This document shows, piece by piece, positions 37,471 through 64,000 of a DNA stretch of 64,000 nt. Source of the stretch: Macrostomum lignano. Taxonomy: Eukaryota. Position numbers and translations under genes: made by a program. The number at the start of each line of letters is the position of its first letter. The first letter of the stretch is position 1. The notes under the pieces are model-generated. The model saw nothing but the letters and a program-made list of their open reading frames with translations. It was not told the origin of the DNA and searched no databases. The stretch spans positions 1 to 64,000 of the forward strand of contig NIVC01002150.1 of NCBI GenBank assembly GCA_002269645.1, read 5' to 3'.

Positions 37471-37907
37471 TGGTGCTGCTGGCCTGGTGATTCAAACTGT
37501 AGGTTGCTAGTTCAGTAATTTCTGCCTTGAGATAGGAAATATGGAAGTACATGTGTGTTCTTATTCACGGGGAACTTTTGCATTAACTTTCTGGAGCCAT
37601 GAATGAGCACACGCGCTTGTCTGTGCGGCCTGATCTCATGGTAACTCTAATGCAAACTATTGTACGAGCTAGATTAGCTCTTGTTTGGTAATTCGGGCGA
37701 ACTGCGGTAGAGGAGATTTATTGCACCTGTCATGCTCAAAAGCATGCACTCAGCACTCTATCAAGCTAAAAAACTCAACTTGGCCCAAAAGGTTGGTCTG
37801 TTTACCAGAACTTATTAGGAAAAGTGCATGGCTATTGGGGCTCTGCAAAGGCTGCTCGAATTGTCTCCATGGATACTGGGATATCGTGTGATTTTCGAAA
37901 AAATCAA

Positions 37908-55678
<17,771 letters not shown>

Positions 55679-56277
55679 GAGCTTGGCTGAGCCGTGCTGT
55701 CCCCGAGAATTCCGAGTTCGTCACTGCCTGCTGTTCGTCAAGCAATTTAATCACTCTACTGACTGCCAGTTGCATTAGGGTCAACACCGCAATCTTCTTT
55801 TAGAGGAATAGAGAAGGGAAATCCACGGTGGCACTTAAATATCCGTTCTTATTTCTCTTTCCTTGTGTTTTCTACTCGATACAGAGGTAGGCCCGGGGCT
55901 TTTTTTACTGCTAAATTTCTTCAGTGTTTCTCCGCAGCGCAAAGACGAGACGAGGCCTTCTCTCTCTTTTCCCATCTAAAACTTTTCCTCCGGCTGAAAG
56001 CGGACCAGTGCCCTAAGTAATTATAAGTGCTGGGCCGCGCCACTCCTGATTACACGCTCCATTGGCGCGTCCAATACTCGCCCGCCCATCAGCTGGAGTG
56101 CTTGCTGCAGGACTCCGAGCTTCTGTCTCCCCTCCCTCTCAACCCAGTCTCTCCGCTTCTATCCTTAGCCATATCCTAGTCTATCAGCTGCTACTCAGGT
56201 TTCACTTTTTATTGAACTGGCCGGCTCTACAGCAGGGCTTTTAAGTCAAATAGCCAGCCTTTTCTAGTGTGATGAAT

Positions 56278-58015
56278 TATCACAGGATTCACTGGCGCCT
56301 CACTGGATTCACTGGCGCCTCACAGGATTCACTGACGCCTCACTAGATTCTCTGGCGCCTCACAGGATTTACTGACGCCTCATTGGATTCACTGGCGCCT
56401 CACAGGATTCACTGGCACATCACAGAATTCACTGGCGCCTCATAGGATTCACTGACGCCTCACTGGATTCACTGGCGCCTCACTGGATTCACTGGCGCCT
56501 CACTGGATTCACTGGCGCCTCACTGGATTCACTGGCGCCTCACTGGATTCACTGGCGCCTCACTGGATTCACTGGCGCCTCACTGGATTCACTGGCGCCT
56601 CACTGGATTCACTGGCGCCTCACTGGATTCACTGGCACATCACAGAATTCACTGGCGCCTCATAGGATTCACTGACGCCTCACTGGATTCACTGGCGCCT
56701 CACTGGATTCACTGGCGCCTCACTGGATTCACTGGCGCCTCACTGGATTCACTGGCGCCTCACTGGATTCACTGGCGCCTCACTGGATTCACTGGCGCCT
56801 CACTGGATTCACTGGCGCCTCACTGGATTCACTGGCACATCACAGAATTCACTGGCGCCTCATAGGATTCACTGACGCCTCACTGGATTCACTGGCGCCT
56901 CACTGGATTCACTGGCGCCTCACTGGATTCACTGGCGCCTCACTGGATTCACTGGCGCCTCACTGGATTCACTGGCGCCTCACTGGATTCACTGGCGCCT
57001 CACTGGATATACTGGCGCCTCACTGGATTCACTGGCGCCTCACTGGATATACTGGCGCCTCACAGGATTCACTGACGCCTCACTAGATTCACTGGCGCCT
57101 CACTGGATTCACTGGCGCCTCACTGGATTCACTGGCGCCTCACTGGATTTCCTGGCGCCTCACAGGATTCACTGACGCCTCACTAGATTCACTGGCGCCT
57201 CACTGGATTTCCTGGCGCCTCACTAGATTTACTGGCACATCACAGGATTTACTGGCACATCACAGGATTCACTGGCGCCTCACTGGATTCACTGGCGCCT
57301 CACTGGATTTCCTGGCGCCTCACTAGATTTACTGGCACATCACAGGATTTACTGGCACATCACAGGATTCACTGGCGCCTCACTGGATTCACTGGCGCCT
57401 CACTGGATCTACTGGCGCCTCACTGGATCTACTGGCGCCTCACTGGATTCACTGGCGCCTCACTGAATCTACTGGCGCCTCACTGGATCCATTAGCACCT
57501 CACTGGATCTACTGGCGCCTCACTGAATCTACTGGCGCCTCACTGGATCCATTAGCACCTCACTGGATCTACTGGCGCCTCACTGAATCTACTGGCGCCT
57601 TACTGGATCCATTAGCACCTCACTGGATCTACTGACGCCTCACTGAATCTACTGGCGCCTCACTGGATCCATTAGCACCTCACTGGATCTACTGGCGCCT
57701 CACTGAATCTACTGGCGCCTTACTGGATCCATTAGCACCTCACTGGATCTACTGACGCCTCACTGAATCTACTGGCGCCTCACTGGATCCATTAGCACCT
57801 CACTGGATCTACTGACGCCTCACTGAATCTACTGGCGCCTCACTGAATCTACTGGCGCCTCACTGGATCCATTAGCACCTCACTGGATCTACTGGCGCCT
57901 CACTGAATCTACTGGCGCCTCACTGGATCCATTAGCACCTCACTGGATCTACTGGCGCCTCACTGAATCTACTGGCGCCTTACTGGATCCATTAGCACCT
58001 CACTGGATATACTGG
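56278..58015. repeat. 20-bp satellite (CACTGGATTCACTGGCGCCT), about 1.7 kb
   Basis: Direct. Confidence 0.97.
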
Positions 58016-59134
58016 ATATATGTTTCACTGAAAATAAAGGATAGTTACTACTGACTCTTCCTTCGAGTTGTGCAGTTATTCTGCAGGCAATATTCGCAAA
58101 AAGACTGCGGGTGGCGACCTTCGGCGACCGGTTGTCCCACAATCAGCAGAGAGACGAATATTCCTTTCGCTCACGGGGAATCGCTGAACTGCTGTGGCTC
58201 ATGGGAGGAGGTTGCTGAGATGCCAAGGGTCAATTGGGAGTTGTTGATAGGCCAAGCAAGCATCAAAGGGAGAGTTAGGGTTAAGCCAAAGCGCAAAGTG
58301 TGTACTACTATCTTAGGCTATAGAAAGCAGGCTTCGATGGTGGATGCTTTTTTTGCCTTAAGCATCATTTTCCTTAAGAAACCAACAATAGTGACTGTAA
58401 AATGTCCGAATACATAACATGCAGTTTATTCAAAATTTATTTCTTTGCTGCCTCCCCAACGGGGGGCGCAGATTGCTAGTCCACTATACTAAAAATAGTT
58501 TGTCGGTATCTATCTATGTGAGCGTAAACGATTTCAGAGAATAATGGCTCAGCCGATTTTTATGAGATTTGCACCATTTAGATAAAAAATTATACCTATT
58601 TTTCTGATTCTTGAGCACACACAAGCACACCAATGCTGTACGCAGGCACGCACTCATACACAGCTCACACAGGGTGAACAGCGGCCCTGACTATCTAATC
58701 GTCAGGCATGTACACTCTGTGTCTTAAGGTTCGGCTCTCATGGGACTGTGAATTGCACGGCAACCCCCTCGGCCGATTTTCGTGGACACAAGCCCCCCCC
58801 CTGGGATCGTGCAGGCGCGAGAGTCAGACCAATGGCACTGTTTTGAGGGCACTATTGAAGACCCTTGAAACTACTTTTTATGGTTTTATTTTATAAAAAT
58901 CTGCTTATTATGCCACTGATAGTAGACATCTATGCAGCTGAATAAACTCCTTAGTGAACGTTTGTATTTATGATTAAATAAACTTCTCTATAGCTAGATC
59001 TGCTATCAAAACTAAATGCCAAATTCTGAATATCTTAAGCTTGCAGTGGGCAGAAAAGTCAATAACTAATAATTCCTATACATGGCCTTCTGAAATTCAG
59101 ATTTCCGTTTCGACTGAAAGACTGAAAGCTTAAA

Positions 59135-63323
<4,189 letters not shown>

Positions 63324-63529
63324 TGATTGACAGCTCCGGTTGAATTCTAAGCTACTTTGATAAGCTCACTGGGCTCAGGCAGTTTGCATAGACAAGATAT
63401 ATATAGATTGGCTCTCCTAAACACCTTCAGCTCTGTTTAGTTGTCTATGGCAGAGAGTAGAGAAAGTCTCTATTTATTGCAATGCAAGTGAAAATTTATG
63501 CGAAGTACTTACTGTTGCTGCCCGACACT

Positions 63530-63722
63530 CAGTGACCACCGCTGCCCTCTCATATCCTTCAGTGACCTCAGCTGTCCTTTCAGATCCTTCAGTGACCTCT
63601 GCTGCCATCTCAGATCCCTCAGTGACCTCCGCTGTCCTTTCAGATCCTTCAGTGACCTCTGCTACCCTCTCAGATCCTTCAGTGACCTCCGCTGTCCTTT
63701 CAGATCCTTCAGTGACCTCCGC
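63530..63722. repeat. 30-bp minisatellite (CAGATCCTTCAGTGACCTCCGCTGTCCTTT)
   Basis: Direct. Confidence 0.93.
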
Positions 63723-64000
63723 CGCTCTGTTTGGTTCTTCAGCGAGCTGCCAAGCAGAAGACCATTGCATTCAAAAACAGCTTTTCATCAAGTGAGTATG
63801 GTATATTGCAGTAGTAAATACAGCATATCAGACTATTTATTTAGCAAATCACACATGAACCAGTAACAGTGCAAATTATTTCGATAATAGCTATGGAATA
63901 CAACAGTACAGGTGACTCAACTGACTAAACACATGGCAAGATACTGTGGTAATTTGAGCTCTAGAAGCATGCGAGAGTCAGGAGCAGTCGCAGGTACCTG

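Overview
Eukaryotic (animal) genomic DNA: GC-rich spliced exons sit in AT-rich intergenic DNA with many micro- and minisatellite arrays. The composition resembles a free-living flatworm such as Macrostomum, but this is inference, not proven. Genes I can reconstruct by hand: (1) two tandem 3-exon 2OG-Fe(II) oxygenase paralogs (IPNS/DIOX-like), the first with a 1-nt frameshift; (2) a CCDC181-like gene (-); (3) a neuropeptide precursor encoding 24 predicted amidated nonapeptides, 18 of them NMGSAMRFRamide; (4) a secreted Cys-rich protein of unknown family (-); (5) CWC22, followed about 840 bp downstream on the same strand by (6) a PSMG2/PAC2 ORF that contains no ATG and begins at a phase-0 splice acceptor, suggesting an operon-like pair with the start codon supplied by a spliced leader; (7) a tentative 6-exon gene (-) for a protein with a C-terminal TM helix, whose introns are about 60% tandem repeat; (8) a gene (-) for a divergent SUMO-like-domain protein. 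Mobile DNA includes two tRNA-derived CORE-type SINE copies, two MITEs with exact 8-bp TSDs, and a long foldback element. No rRNA, intact tRNA or CRISPR array is supported. All gene models were spliced by eye and need transcript confirmation.
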